Source: a bacterium
GTDB taxonomy: Bacteria > Patescibacteriota > Minisyncoccia > Moranbacterales > GWC2-37-73
Assembly: GCA_037140955.1 (NCBI GenBank)
Contig: JBAXDL010000001.1
Coordinates: 114,319-178,318 of the forward strand
DNA length: 64,000 nt
Direction of reading: 5' to 3'
Shown here: positions 1 to 8,017 of the stretch, piece by piece
How the letters are laid out: every line of letters begins with the position of its first letter
Numbering within the stretch: position 1 is the first letter of the stretch
Notes under the pieces: model-generated
Database searches by the model: none
Told to the model about the DNA's origin: nothing
The model's input: only the letters and a program-made list of their open reading frames with translations
Position numbers and translations under genes: made by a program

Positions 1-101
1 AAGTCCTCAAAGTTTCCTAAAAAAATCTCGTCTTCTTTTTGCTCTGGATGTTTTTCTGCTGGCTTTTCTTGGGTAGGCATTTTTTGTTCTTCAAATTTCA
101 T
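1..101 (-). CDS. partial hypothetical ORF running off the window start (MKFEEQKMPTQEKPAEKHPEQKEDEIF...)
   Basis: ATG at 99-101 on the minus strand, open to position 1; weak RBS; K/E-rich. Confidence 0.2.
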   Translation of the reverse strand, partial: MKFEEQKMPTQEKPAEKHPEQKEDEIFLGNFED

Positions 102-402
102 GGTTTTATTTTTAAATTATTTAAGTTGGTTACTTGCTTTATAAAAAATCTAAACAAAAACGGACACCCGACCTGCGAAACAACAATTGGTATCAATGAA
201 GATCCGTTTGCGTTTTGGTCGGAGTGCCCGATTCCAGTTCGCAAACAGAACTAATAACGCCAAGCGTTAAAAGTTGAGATTCTTCACAAATAATAAATTG
301 TTGTTTCGCACATTAAATATACCATGAGATTGATTTTTCATCAATAAAATCACCTAAAACACTACAAAAACTAACTCGCTATTATGCAATAAATCACTAG
401 TT

Positions 403-1767
403 TTGCATAGTCTTAGCAAAACAAGTGATCTGTGTCATCAATGGTATATGGAAACATATACCACAGCTAGAATTGGCAATGAAGCAACCCAGCCTATCCA
501 GAAGGTCAGGTATGTACTATATGCAAGGAAATCAACCGAATCAGAGGAACGGCAAGTGCTTTCCATTGATTCCCAGGTGAATGAAATGCTCCAATTGGCA
601 GAGCGAGATAGCCTTGATGTGGTTGAGATTAGGCGTGAATCCCACAGTGCAAAAGAGTCTGGCCAGCGACCAGTTTACAAGGAAATTTTGGAGGATATAC
701 GCCGAGGGAGATTCAATGGAATACTAACATGGGCACCTGATCGCCTTTCCCGCAATGCAGGCGATCTGGGTAGCGTTGTGGATCTCATGGATCAACAACT
801 CCTTATGGAGATTCGTACCTACGGGCAAACATTCAAAAACTCACCAAATGAAAAGTTCCTTTTGATGATTCTTTGTAGCCAAGCGAAACTTGAAAACGAC
901 AACAAGAGTATCAATGTAAAACGGGGGCTACGAACAAGAGTGGAAATGGGATTATGGCCTGGCCCTGCACCCACTGGTTACATGAAAGAAAAACGAATGG
1001 ATCGAAAATGCGAAACATTGATTGATCCAGAGCGAGCGCCAGTTATTAAGAAGATGTTTGAGAAAGTCGCCTATGAACATTACAGTGGTCGCAAGATTTA
1101 CAACTGGCTCAAGTTTGATCTCAATTTCAGAAGTGCCTGCGGGAAAAAACATTTGAGCCTCGGAAATATTTACAAACTTTTGGACAATACTTTCTACTAC
1201 GGAATTTTCGAATATCCAAAAAATTCAGGAAACTGGTACACGGGAAAACACGAACCAATAATTACCAAAGAACTTTTCGATCTCGTCAAAAGTCAGATAA
1301 AAAGCCAAGTGTTGCGAGTTGAAGGAAAAGAATTCGCCTTTACAAAAATGATGACTTGCAAACTTTGCGGATCAGGCATATGCGCCGATGAAAAATTCAA
1401 AAAACAGCAAAACGGAAATGTTCATCGTTATGTGTATTATGGTTGCACCAAAGCCAGAGGAGCTGACTGTAAATGTGGTTATACTGAAGAAAAAGAAATC
1501 TTGAAACAATTTGAAGAATTGATAGATAAAATCAGTCTCAATGAGATTGAGATAAAAGCAAGGATTAAAGAAGATATTGAACGGTTTTCCAAAATGCGAA
1601 AATTCTTTTTAGGAGCCAAGGATAAAATCAGTGTTCCAAACATAGATATTCGAGGATATGCAAAGTATGTTTTAAGAGAAGGCACGAACGAAGAAAAACG
1701 AGAAATACTAGGTTGCCTTAAAAGTAGGATCTATCTTGCACAGAAGAAAATTACTTTAGAAAAATAG
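403..1767 (+). CDS. large serine recombinase (resolvase/invertase N-terminal catalytic domain + recombinase domain + zinc ribbon)
   Basis: N-terminal YVLYARKSTESEERQVLSIDSQ catalytic-serine motif; central recombinase domain; C-terminal Cys cluster (CKLCGSGIC...CTKARGADCKC). Confidence 0.85.
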   Translation: MHSLSKTSDLCHQWYMETYTTARIGNEATQPIQKVRYVLYARKSTESEERQVLSIDSQVNEMLQLAERDSLDVVEIRRESHSAKESGQRPVYKEILEDIRRGRFNGILTWAPDRLSRNAGDLGSVVDLMDQQLLMEIRTYGQTFKNSPNEKFLLMILCSQAKLENDNKSINVKRGLRTRVEMGLWPGPAPTGYMKEKRMDRKCETLIDPERAPVIKKMFEKVAYEHYSGRKIYNWLKFDLNFRSACGKKHLSLGNIYKLLDNTFYYGIFEYPKNSGNWYTGKHEPIITKELFDLVKSQIKSQVLRVEGKEFAFTKMMTCKLCGSGICADEKFKKQQNGNVHRYVYYGCTKARGADCKCGYTEEKEILKQFEELIDKISLNEIEIKARIKEDIERFSKMRKFFLGAKDKISVPNIDIRGYAKYVLREGTNEEKREILGCLKSRIYLAQKKITLEK

Positions 1768-1790
1768 ACAAAGAAGAGAAGTTATATAAA

Positions 1791-1821
1791 GCACAAAACA
1801 CGGAAAATCCGTGTTTTGTGC
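1791..1821 (+). terminator. rho-independent terminator after the recombinase
   Basis: perfect hairpin GCACAAAACACGG-AAAAT-CCGTGTTTTGTGC followed by T-rich run. Confidence 0.6.
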
Positions 1822-1867
1822 TTTATATAAAACATTCTTGCAGGAAGCATGTCGTGCTACCTGCTGT

Positions 1868-1925
1868 TGGCGGAGAGGAGAGGATTCGAACCTCCGATAC
1901 CATTTCTAGTATGCCACCTTTCTCA
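1868..1925 (-). pseudogene. orphan 3' half of a type II tRNA (variable arm, T-arm GGAGGTTCGAATCCTCT, acceptor CCTCTCC-G-CCA with encoded CCA)
   Basis: read on the minus strand; lies 9 nt downstream of the intact tRNA-Ser; sequence resembles but differs from its 3' half. Confidence 0.5.
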
Positions 1926-1934
1926 GTTTCAAAG

Positions 1935-2019
1935 CGGAGAGAACAGGATTCGAACCTGCGTAGAGTTGCCCCTAACACGCTTTCCAAGCGTGCTCCTTCA
2001 ACCACTCGGACATCTCTCC
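1935..2019 (-). tRNA. tRNA-Ser (anticodon GGA), type II with long variable arm
   Basis: acceptor GGAGAGA/TCTCTCC with discriminator G; D-loop GAGTGGTTGAA; anticodon stem CACGC/GCGTG with loop TTGGAAA; T-arm GCAGG-TTCGAAT-CCTGT; CCA not encoded. Confidence 0.75.
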
Positions 2020-2267
2020 GCATTGAAACTGAATCAAATTGAATTGGTGCACTCAAAAATTCAACTTTATTTTAAATGAAAACTGTTTTGAATTTTTGCC
2101 TGGGTTGCTTTTGCAACCCGCCAGATGTTCATATTCTTCACATCCAACCCACACTGCAACCTCTCCGTAACTAGTATCATGTATATTGTATAATGTATTA
2201 TGCATAAATACATAATTGCAAAACTCCATACATTATAAACTCTACATGATACATTATACTCAGAATT

Positions 2268-3698
2268 CTAGACTTCTTTCACTCCTACTAATTGCATTTT
2301 TCCGCCGCCAGGAACCATTCCAAGCACCATAATCACTCGCTCTCCTGATTTTAAAAGTTCCTTGCCTTTCACCTCATCAATCATGCCATCAATTGCTTTT
2401 AGCAATTCTGCTTCTTCGGTGTAAAAAGCATTTGCTCCCCAAACCAAAGCTAATTGATTGTAAGTTTTTTTGTTGTTTGTCACAACATACAATTCTTGCT
2501 GCGGTCTGAAGTGCGACATCAATCTTGCAGTAAAACCTGAAACACTAGCAAGCACAATGGCTTTGGCGCTTGAATGCTTGGCCAAATCATAAGCACTTTT
2601 AATCAAGGCTTTAAAATCTCCATAACCATCGAGTGCAATTGCGTGTTTGACATCATCAAAAACTGAAGCTTCGGTGTTTTCAATAATATCCTTCATGGCG
2701 CGCACACTTTCTATTGGATATTTTCCAGAAGCACTTTCCCCTGAAAGCATCACGGCATCAGCATGATCAACCACTGCATTGGTCACATCTGAAACTTCAG
2801 CGCGAGTTGGACGAGGGTTCACAATCATCGAATCAAGCATTTGAGTTGCCACAATCACAGGCCTCATTGCTTGCAAACTTTTCTTCACAATTTGTTTTTG
2901 CAAAACTGCCACCATTGTTCCCTCAATTTCAATTCCAAGATCTCCACGAGCAACCATCACGGCATCAGTGTGTTCAAGAATGTCATCCAAATTTTTGATC
3001 GCCTCTTTTCTTTCAATTTTTGCAATAATCTGAGGAAGATTGTCCTCTCTGCCAAGAATGCTTTTCATCATGTCTCGCAAACTCTCGATGTTTGCACCAC
3101 TGCTAACAAAAGACATGGCCACAAAATCAACATCTTGCCCCAAAACAAATCTCAAATCTTTTTCGTCTTTGGTTGTAATTGGATCGATGTTCAATTTTGC
3201 ATCAGGCACATTCACACCTTTGTGATTTTTCACAGTTCCGCCGTCAACAACCTGACAAACCAAAATTCCCTCTTGTTTTTCTTTAACCACCACCTTCATC
3301 AAACCATCTTCAATCAAAATCTCATTGCCAATTTCAATATCATCAGTGATTTTTGGAACATCCAACAAAATAGCCTTGGGAGCAATTTCACTTGGCACCA
3401 ACTTGTCTTCATGCGCAACATCACCAAACAAGATTTGCTCACCAACCTTCATTTCAACTGGCTGATCAACCACTGTTCTGATTCTTGGTCCTTGCAAGTC
3501 AGCCAAAATTCCCACATTCACATTCAACTCAGCTGACAATTCGCGAATGGTCTTAATGATGCTTCCATGCCATTCATGAGAACCATGTGAAAAATTGAGT
3601 CGCGCAACATTCATTCCATTTTCAATCAATGCCTTCAAAACTTCCTTACTATCAGAAACAAGGCCCAATGTTGCAACTATTTTTGTTTTTTTAACCAT
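2268..3698 (-). CDS. pyk: pyruvate kinase
   Basis: 476 aa; N-terminal KIVATLGP...NVARLNFSHG motif; full barrel plus C-terminal domain. Confidence 0.9.
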   Translation of the reverse strand: MVKKTKIVATLGLVSDSKEVLKALIENGMNVARLNFSHGSHEWHGSIIKTIRELSAELNVNVGILADLQGPRIRTVVDQPVEMKVGEQILFGDVAHEDKLVPSEIAPKAILLDVPKITDDIEIGNEILIEDGLMKVVVKEKQEGILVCQVVDGGTVKNHKGVNVPDAKLNIDPITTKDEKDLRFVLGQDVDFVAMSFVSSGANIESLRDMMKSILGREDNLPQIIAKIERKEAIKNLDDILEHTDAVMVARGDLGIEIEGTMVAVLQKQIVKKSLQAMRPVIVATQMLDSMIVNPRPTRAEVSDVTNAVVDHADAVMLSGESASGKYPIESVRAMKDIIENTEASVFDDVKHAIALDGYGDFKALIKSAYDLAKHSSAKAIVLASVSGFTARLMSHFRPQQELYVVTNNKKTYNQLALVWGANAFYTEEAELLKAIDGMIDEVKGKELLKSGERVIMVLGMVPGGGKMQLVGVKEV

Positions 3699-3751
3699 AT
3701 TTTTAAATATTTTAGTGATTATTCAATACTAATATTGCCATAATAAAAGAA

Positions 3752-3786
3752 AACAAGCAACTCAACTTTGTTGCTTGTTTTTTTGA
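3752..3786. terminator. hairpin terminator downstream of the 3804-4319 gene
   Basis: AAACAAGCAAC-TCAACTT-GTTGCTTGTTT hairpin with flanking T-run. Confidence 0.4.
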
Positions 3787-3803
3787 TTTGGCATCCATCA
3801 ATA

Positions 3804-4319
3804 CTAGTTTTTATACAGCTCTTTAATTTGAAACAAAATATACCAACCAATAACTGCACCTATTATTGTGCCAACAATACCATGCATTGCAATGACATTT
3901 CCAGCAAAACTAATCAAACTAACATAAAAAAGTAAACGCCAAGCAGCCTTTTCTCGCTTAAATAGTCCAGGGACGGCCATTGCCTCAAGAACAATTGAAA
4001 CAACTGCCACAACCAAGGAAATAACACCAGAAAATCCCCAAACATAACCAAGACCAGCACCCATCATTGCAAAGGGAGCAAACACAGCACTAATGCCAAG
4101 TGCCAAGAAGATCAAAGGCAAGGCCATGATTGCAAAGATAATAATCAAATATGGAGAAACTGTCGCGATGAAATCTTTTCCTCCTTGTGGAATCGCAAAT
4201 GGAGCCTTTTTGACCATATATTCATCCAGAAATCCCTCAAACTTCAAAACAAAACCACTTACAGATTCTTTTGATCCATTGTTTTGACCAGCTGATTGCT
4301 GCTTGATGTCTTCTTCCAT
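3804..4319 (-). CDS. small integral membrane protein, function unknown
   Basis: 171 aa, 4-5 hydrophobic helices. Confidence 0.5.
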   Translation of the reverse strand: MEEDIKQQSAGQNNGSKESVSGFVLKFEGFLDEYMVKKAPFAIPQGGKDFIATVSPYLIIIFAIMALPLIFLALGISAVFAPFAMMGAGLGYVWGFSGVISLVVAVVSIVLEAMAVPGLFKREKAAWRLLFYVSLISFAGNVIAMHGIVGTIIGAVIGWYILFQIKELYKN

Positions 4320-4434
4320 AGGACTATTTTATTTTAAATATTAAAAAAACTTTACACAAATTACTACAATCAACTTTCAAACATATTCTATCACCTTTTC
4401 AATAAATAGCTATTATCTGCTAATTCTAAAAAAA

Positions 4435-4890
4435 TCAAAGTATTGAAATGCCCTCAATTTCGTGCAAAATGTCTTCAGGAATTGGATTGTTTTTTGGACT
4501 CACGCCGGGATATCTCCAGGCGGAAATGATTGTAATTTGTTTTTTAGAATTAATAAGCCTTTGCAACTTAGCAATCTTATCATCCTTTTTTTCTCCCAAG
4601 GTTTTGTCTTTGAATTTTTTTTCTTGCGATTTTGTTTGATATAGCACCCATATTTCCTGATTCCAATTTTCTTGCGAAACTTTGGCAAGTGATGAGTCTT
4701 CAACATTTTTGCCAAAAGAAAAAGATGGCTTCCCCCATTTTGATTTTGCAGCTTCCTTGGAAATATTTCCCACCGGAACCATCACCGCCACTGTATTTTC
4801 CACAATGCTAGTTTCAATTCTTTTTGGATTTCTGATCACACCCAAAACTTTTTGCTCGGAAAGCCCATAAAAATGCATCTTTTCTGTCAC
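4435..4890 (-). CDS. hypothetical protein
   Basis: 151 aa ORF, no recognisable motif. Confidence 0.4.
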   Translation of the reverse strand: MTEKMHFYGLSEQKVLGVIRNPKRIETSIVENTVAVMVPVGNISKEAAKSKWGKPSFSFGKNVEDSSLAKVSQENWNQEIWVLYQTKSQEKKFKDKTLGEKKDDKIAKLQRLINSKKQITIISAWRYPGVSPKNNPIPEDILHEIEGISIL

Positions 4891-4945
4891 ATGCGCCGTC
4901 CATCAATATTTCTCATTGTCTTTTGGTTGCTTCCATTGCATAGAG

Positions 4946-5707
4946 TTATTTAATATCATTCCAAATCTTTTTAAAAACTTCTCGCATATTATGCGCCAGC
5001 ACGGCATCATGAATTTCCACCAGATAAAACGGTTTCTGACGAGTGACTATAACAACAAAATAATCCCCGATAGCCCAAGTTGTTGCCGAAAAATCCAAAT
5101 CCTTACCCCAGAATTTAATATTGCGCTCTTTAGGAAATTCTTCTTTGATTTTTTCTTCAATTTCTGATTGATTGCTTAACAGTTTTACATGCATATCAGG
5201 ATATTTTTTCCAAAACCAATCAATCCATTTTATATTATGCTCAACAAAACTTGGATCTTGAAATCCCCAAAATGTTTTGTCCGATCTTCGCATACTTTCA
5301 TACCAACAACGCTCTGTTTGCTTGAAAAGAAAATCCTCTAATTCATCCTCCTCAATAAAGCGTATTTTTGGCACAGAAAAACTTTGACTTTTTGGCATTT
5401 TTTCCAACTCTTCTGCCAACTTATTCGCAATTTTCTTCTTCTCTTTCAATTCTTCTTGCTCGCGATAAAACATTTCTTCTACATCTTCAGGCGATGAAGG
5501 AGAAACATACATGATCCTTGTTGTAATATCCTCAATAACAAGTCCTTTGTCCTTCAATTTTTCCAACAACACATATACCGTTGAACGATTGATATTAGTA
5601 GCTTTGGCAAGCCTTGCTGGCGTTGTTTTGCCTTGTTCAAAAAGGGCGAGATACACCTCGATTTCTTTTTCAGACAAGCCTAATTTTTGCAGTAATTCTT
5701 GTATCAT
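4946..5707 (-). CDS. TrmB-family HTH transcriptional regulator (paralog 1; divergent C-terminal domain)
   Basis: N-terminal LGLSEKEIEVYLALFEQG...RLAKATNINRSTVYVLLEKLKDKGLV winged-HTH typical of TrmB. Confidence 0.6.
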   Translation of the reverse strand: MIQELLQKLGLSEKEIEVYLALFEQGKTTPARLAKATNINRSTVYVLLEKLKDKGLVIEDITTRIMYVSPSSPEDVEEMFYREQEELKEKKKIANKLAEELEKMPKSQSFSVPKIRFIEEDELEDFLFKQTERCWYESMRRSDKTFWGFQDPSFVEHNIKWIDWFWKKYPDMHVKLLSNQSEIEEKIKEEFPKERNIKFWGKDLDFSATTWAIGDYFVVIVTRQKPFYLVEIHDAVLAHNMREVFKKIWNDIK

Positions 5708-5715
5708 ATTACTCT

Positions 5716-5744
5716 ATTTTAGCAGTTTATTAACTTTTTGTCAA
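5716..5744 (-). promoter_or_regulatory. promoter of TrmB paralog 1 (TTGACA-N17-TAAAAT) with duplicated TTGTCAACA direct repeat
   Basis: minus-strand reading TTGACAaagtgTTGACA-17nt-TAAAAT then 8 nt to the ATG; near-leaderless. Confidence 0.4.
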
Positions 5745-5819
5745 CACTTTGTCAACAGTTTTATTTGGCTTATTTAAAGGATTATTTAACAATATTTCTC
5801 TTAATTTGTTTACATACTA

Positions 5820-5848
5820 TTGACTATGTTGATAACTTACTATATACT
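5820..5848 (+). promoter_or_regulatory. sigma70-like promoter TTGACT-N17-TATACT driving the divergent small-ORF operon
   Basis: matches the spacing and -10 TATACT recurring at loci B and C; followed by a conserved ACG..GATGAAT +1 hairpin. Confidence 0.45.
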
Positions 5849-5918
5849 ACGTAGTCATGATGAATTAGCAATAATGATTCATGACCTCACAGTTCATTTT
5901 CAAATAATTAACAATACT

Positions 5919-5930
5919 AGTCGACGGACT
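5919..5930 (+). promoter_or_regulatory. leader hairpin AGTC-GACG-GACT immediately upstream of SD (copy A1)
   Basis: three copies in the window with compensatory stem changes; followed by TAAAACG..AGGAG and an ATG. Confidence 0.4.
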
Positions 5931-5949
5931 TAAAACGAGGAGGTGCGCC

Positions 5950-6168
5950 ATGGCAACACCATACGGGCAAATTACTACTGTAGTGCCGAGACGGGGCGGT
6001 CTCTCCATAGTTACAGAAAACTATGGAGATTCCGAGGACCACTGGGTTTTTGGAGATCGACGATCCAGACAAATTGCCAAAAGGCACTGGGTGCGTCAAT
6101 CAAACAAAGGCTCAGACTCGGGTGGAAACTATTGGCACACTTTCAAAAAATCTCCCATTGGAGGATGA
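5950..6168 (+). CDS. small hypothetical protein (72 aa, G/R-rich)
   Basis: strong SD GAGGAGG 6 nt before the ATG; lies in an unusually GC-rich segment. Confidence 0.4.
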   Translation: MATPYGQITTVVPRRGGLSIVTENYGDSEDHWVFGDRRSRQIAKRHWVRQSNKGSDSGGNYWHTFKKSPIGG

Positions 6169-6591
6169 GGAGATTAATAAACTTGAACTTTGACGGCGCT
6201 TCTGAATTCTCAGATCGCAATGGCTAGCCACCGTTATTGGGCTGCGGGGTGTGAAAGATCCTCGAAAACATAGACCAAGTTCATATATTGGCAAAGTTTA
6301 TGCCTCCATAATGAACCCAGTGGCAACGCATTTGCATAAGACTAATCAATATGTTGATTAGCAGCAGCGTTCTTTTAGTTGCCGAGTCTGTGTAATTCTT
6401 CAATCATTTAATATCTCGTCAATATTTTTTGATTGCGTAGTTTCTCCTGGCTATGTGAGGCCGAACGTTTTCGGTCAACAGGAAAAAAACAAAGGCAAGG
6501 AAAAATCCTTGTCTCTCTAATTGAAATAATTTCTTGAAAATTATTTCATAGGAGATAAAAGTTTTTCACAAACACTCAAAGGAGATGTGCC

Positions 6592-6834
6592 ATGGAAGCA
6601 ATCGTTACACTGTTTGAGTTAACCACGGAGCTGGAACTCTCATTAGCATTGATCAAGCTGGACAAAAAAGTAGAAGCTATATTGTCTGATGACAAACTTC
6701 GCTTTGAGCAATATCCTCATGATGAAAATCCATTTTACACAAACAATGCCAATTTACGTTGTAATGTTAGAGTAGAAGATGTTGTGACAATATTACAGAA
6801 CAAAATATTGATCATCAGAAAAATTTCAGTTTAA
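6592..6834 (+). CDS. small hypothetical protein (80 aa)
   Basis: SD AAAGGAG; acidic N-terminus. Confidence 0.4.
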   Translation: MEAIVTLFELTTELELSLALIKLDKKVEAILSDDKLRFEQYPHDENPFYTNNANLRCNVRVEDVVTILQNKILIIRKISV

Positions 6835-6843
6835 AAAAACTAA

Positions 6844-6855
6844 AGCCGACGGGCT
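6844..6855 (+). promoter_or_regulatory. leader hairpin AGCC-GACG-GGCT upstream of SD (copy A2)
   Basis: covaries with copies A1 and C. Confidence 0.4.
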
Positions 6856-6877
6856 AAAAACGCAAAGGAGTTGCACG

Positions 6878-7045
6878 ATGAATATTTTTGTAATTTTAGT
6901 TATGTGTTGGGCTGCTTGGTTACTATTGGCGCTTATCGTCTTGGTGACACTATACATTTTCCAGATTATTTACTACCTAGCTCTTTTTGGAGCAGGGCTA
7001 GGAATGATAATCGAAAAAGCGACAAGAAAGGAGACTATAAAATGA
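6878..7045 (+). CDS. 55-aa hydrophobic two-helix membrane peptide (MNIFVILVMCWAAWLLLALIVLVTLYIFQIIYYLALFGAGLGMIIEKATRKETIK)
   Basis: ATG 7 nt after AAAGGAG; strongly hydrophobic; preferred over the overlapping TTG-start frame 6871-7053. Confidence 0.4.
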   Translation: MNIFVILVMCWAAWLLLALIVLVTLYIFQIIYYLALFGAGLGMIIEKATRKETIK

Positions 7046-7078
7046 GGCGTTAGTCTATCATGACTATCGCCTTTTTTC
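7046..7078 (+). terminator. rho-independent terminator
   Basis: AGGCG..CGCCT stem followed by TTTTTT. Confidence 0.4.
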
Positions 7079-7121
7079 TTTTCTGCATTTTTACATTATA
7101 CATTATACAAAATACATTATA

Positions 7122-8015
7122 CTATCGTATTTCAATCCCCCTTAATGCCGCCACTCTCTCCTCAATCGGAGGATGTGTGGAAAAAAGTTTTGAAATGTTG
7201 CTACCCTTAAGCGGATTTGAAATGTATAGATGAGCTGTGGCGCGGTTTGCTGCTTCAAGTGGTTCTGGGTCAGCTGAAATTTTTTCCAAAGCCTTGGCAA
7301 GCCCTTCTGGATATCGTGTGAGGAGCGCAGCGGAAGCATCTGCCAAAAATTCTCTTTTGCGTGAGATGGCCACCTGAATCAACATGGCAGCAATTGGAGC
7401 CAAGATTGAAAGCACGATTGCCAAAATGAAAAAAATCATTTGCAATTGCCCGCCACCTTCATTGTCTGAACTTCTTTTACTGAAAATTCCATAGCGAAAC
7501 CAATCTGCCATCAAAGCAATAAATCCAACCAAAACGACAACAACTGTTGAAAGCAAAATGTCACGATTGCCAATGTGTGAAAGTTCATGCGCAATCACGC
7601 CTTCCAATTCGATTTTTTCAAGCTTGTCCAAGAGTCCGGTTGTCACACAAATCACTCCATGTTCAGGATCTCTTCCTGTTGCAAAAGCATTGGGTGCAGA
7701 GTCTTCAATGATATATATTTTTGGCGCCGGAAGACCAGCAGTTATGCACAGGTTTTCCACAAGGTGGTATAACTCCCTATTTTCCTCATGTGTAACCTCT
7801 TTTGCGCTACTCATAGAAAGCACAATTTTGTCACTCCACCAATATGAACCAAAACTCATGGCAATTGAAAACAAAACTGCACCATATAAAATCGAGCTGT
7901 TACCCATTGCTCCTGCAAAAACATAGCCCACGCCAATCACAAAAACAAGAAAACCTGAGATATATAACCAGGTTAATCTTGTGTTTTTGTCTGCTTGATC
8001 GTATAAAGTCGCCAT
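7122..8015 (-). CDS. htpX: zinc metalloprotease HtpX
   Basis: HELSHIGNRD (HEXXH) motif; 4 TM segments; C-terminal STHPPIEERV. Confidence 0.85.
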   Translation of the reverse strand: MATLYDQADKNTRLTWLYISGFLVFVIGVGYVFAGAMGNSSILYGAVLFSIAMSFGSYWWSDKIVLSMSSAKEVTHEENRELYHLVENLCITAGLPAPKIYIIEDSAPNAFATGRDPEHGVICVTTGLLDKLEKIELEGVIAHELSHIGNRDILLSTVVVVLVGFIALMADWFRYGIFSKRSSDNEGGGQLQMIFFILAIVLSILAPIAAMLIQVAISRKREFLADASAALLTRYPEGLAKALEKISADPEPLEAANRATAHLYISNPLKGSNISKLFSTHPPIEERVAALRGIEIR

Positions 8016-8017
8016 AA

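Noticed and set aside
39-254. 71-aa ORF at the window start
   Set aside because: F/L-rich shadow frame opposite a partial minus-strand ORF. The downstream part is a GC-rich hairpin region that is more likely structural (att-like or RNA).
2714-3536. Antisense ORFs within pyk (2714-2998, 2841-3536, 3040-3225) and similar shadow ORFs inside other long genes (for example 15282-15712, 16187-16621, 32197-32625, 48666-49079)
   Set aside because: They overlap well-supported genes on the opposite strand. Their composition is low-complexity (S/N/F/L-rich), typical of AT-rich shadow frames.
5943-6227. 94-aa ORF overlapping the 72-aa ORF in another frame; also 5917-6099 on the minus strand
   Set aside because: No SD, R/W-rich improbable composition. 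The 5950 frame has a perfect GAGGAGG-N6-ATG.
5900-6300. Possible tmRNA or RNase P RNA in the GC-rich segment (TCGACGG resembles the tmRNA 5' UUCGACGG; ACAGAAAACTATGG resembles RNase P ACAGAA)
   Set aside because: No tRNA-like 3' end (GGTTCGA..CCA) and no tag-peptide ALAA-stop frame. The RNase P AAGTCCG-like string lies on the opposite strand and at the wrong end relative to ACAGAA. The TCGACGG string is explained by the thrice-repeated leader hairpin.
6871-7053. Listed 60-aa TTG-start ORF
   Set aside because: The overlapping ATG-start frame 6878-7045 has correct SD spacing and encodes a coherent two-helix membrane peptide.
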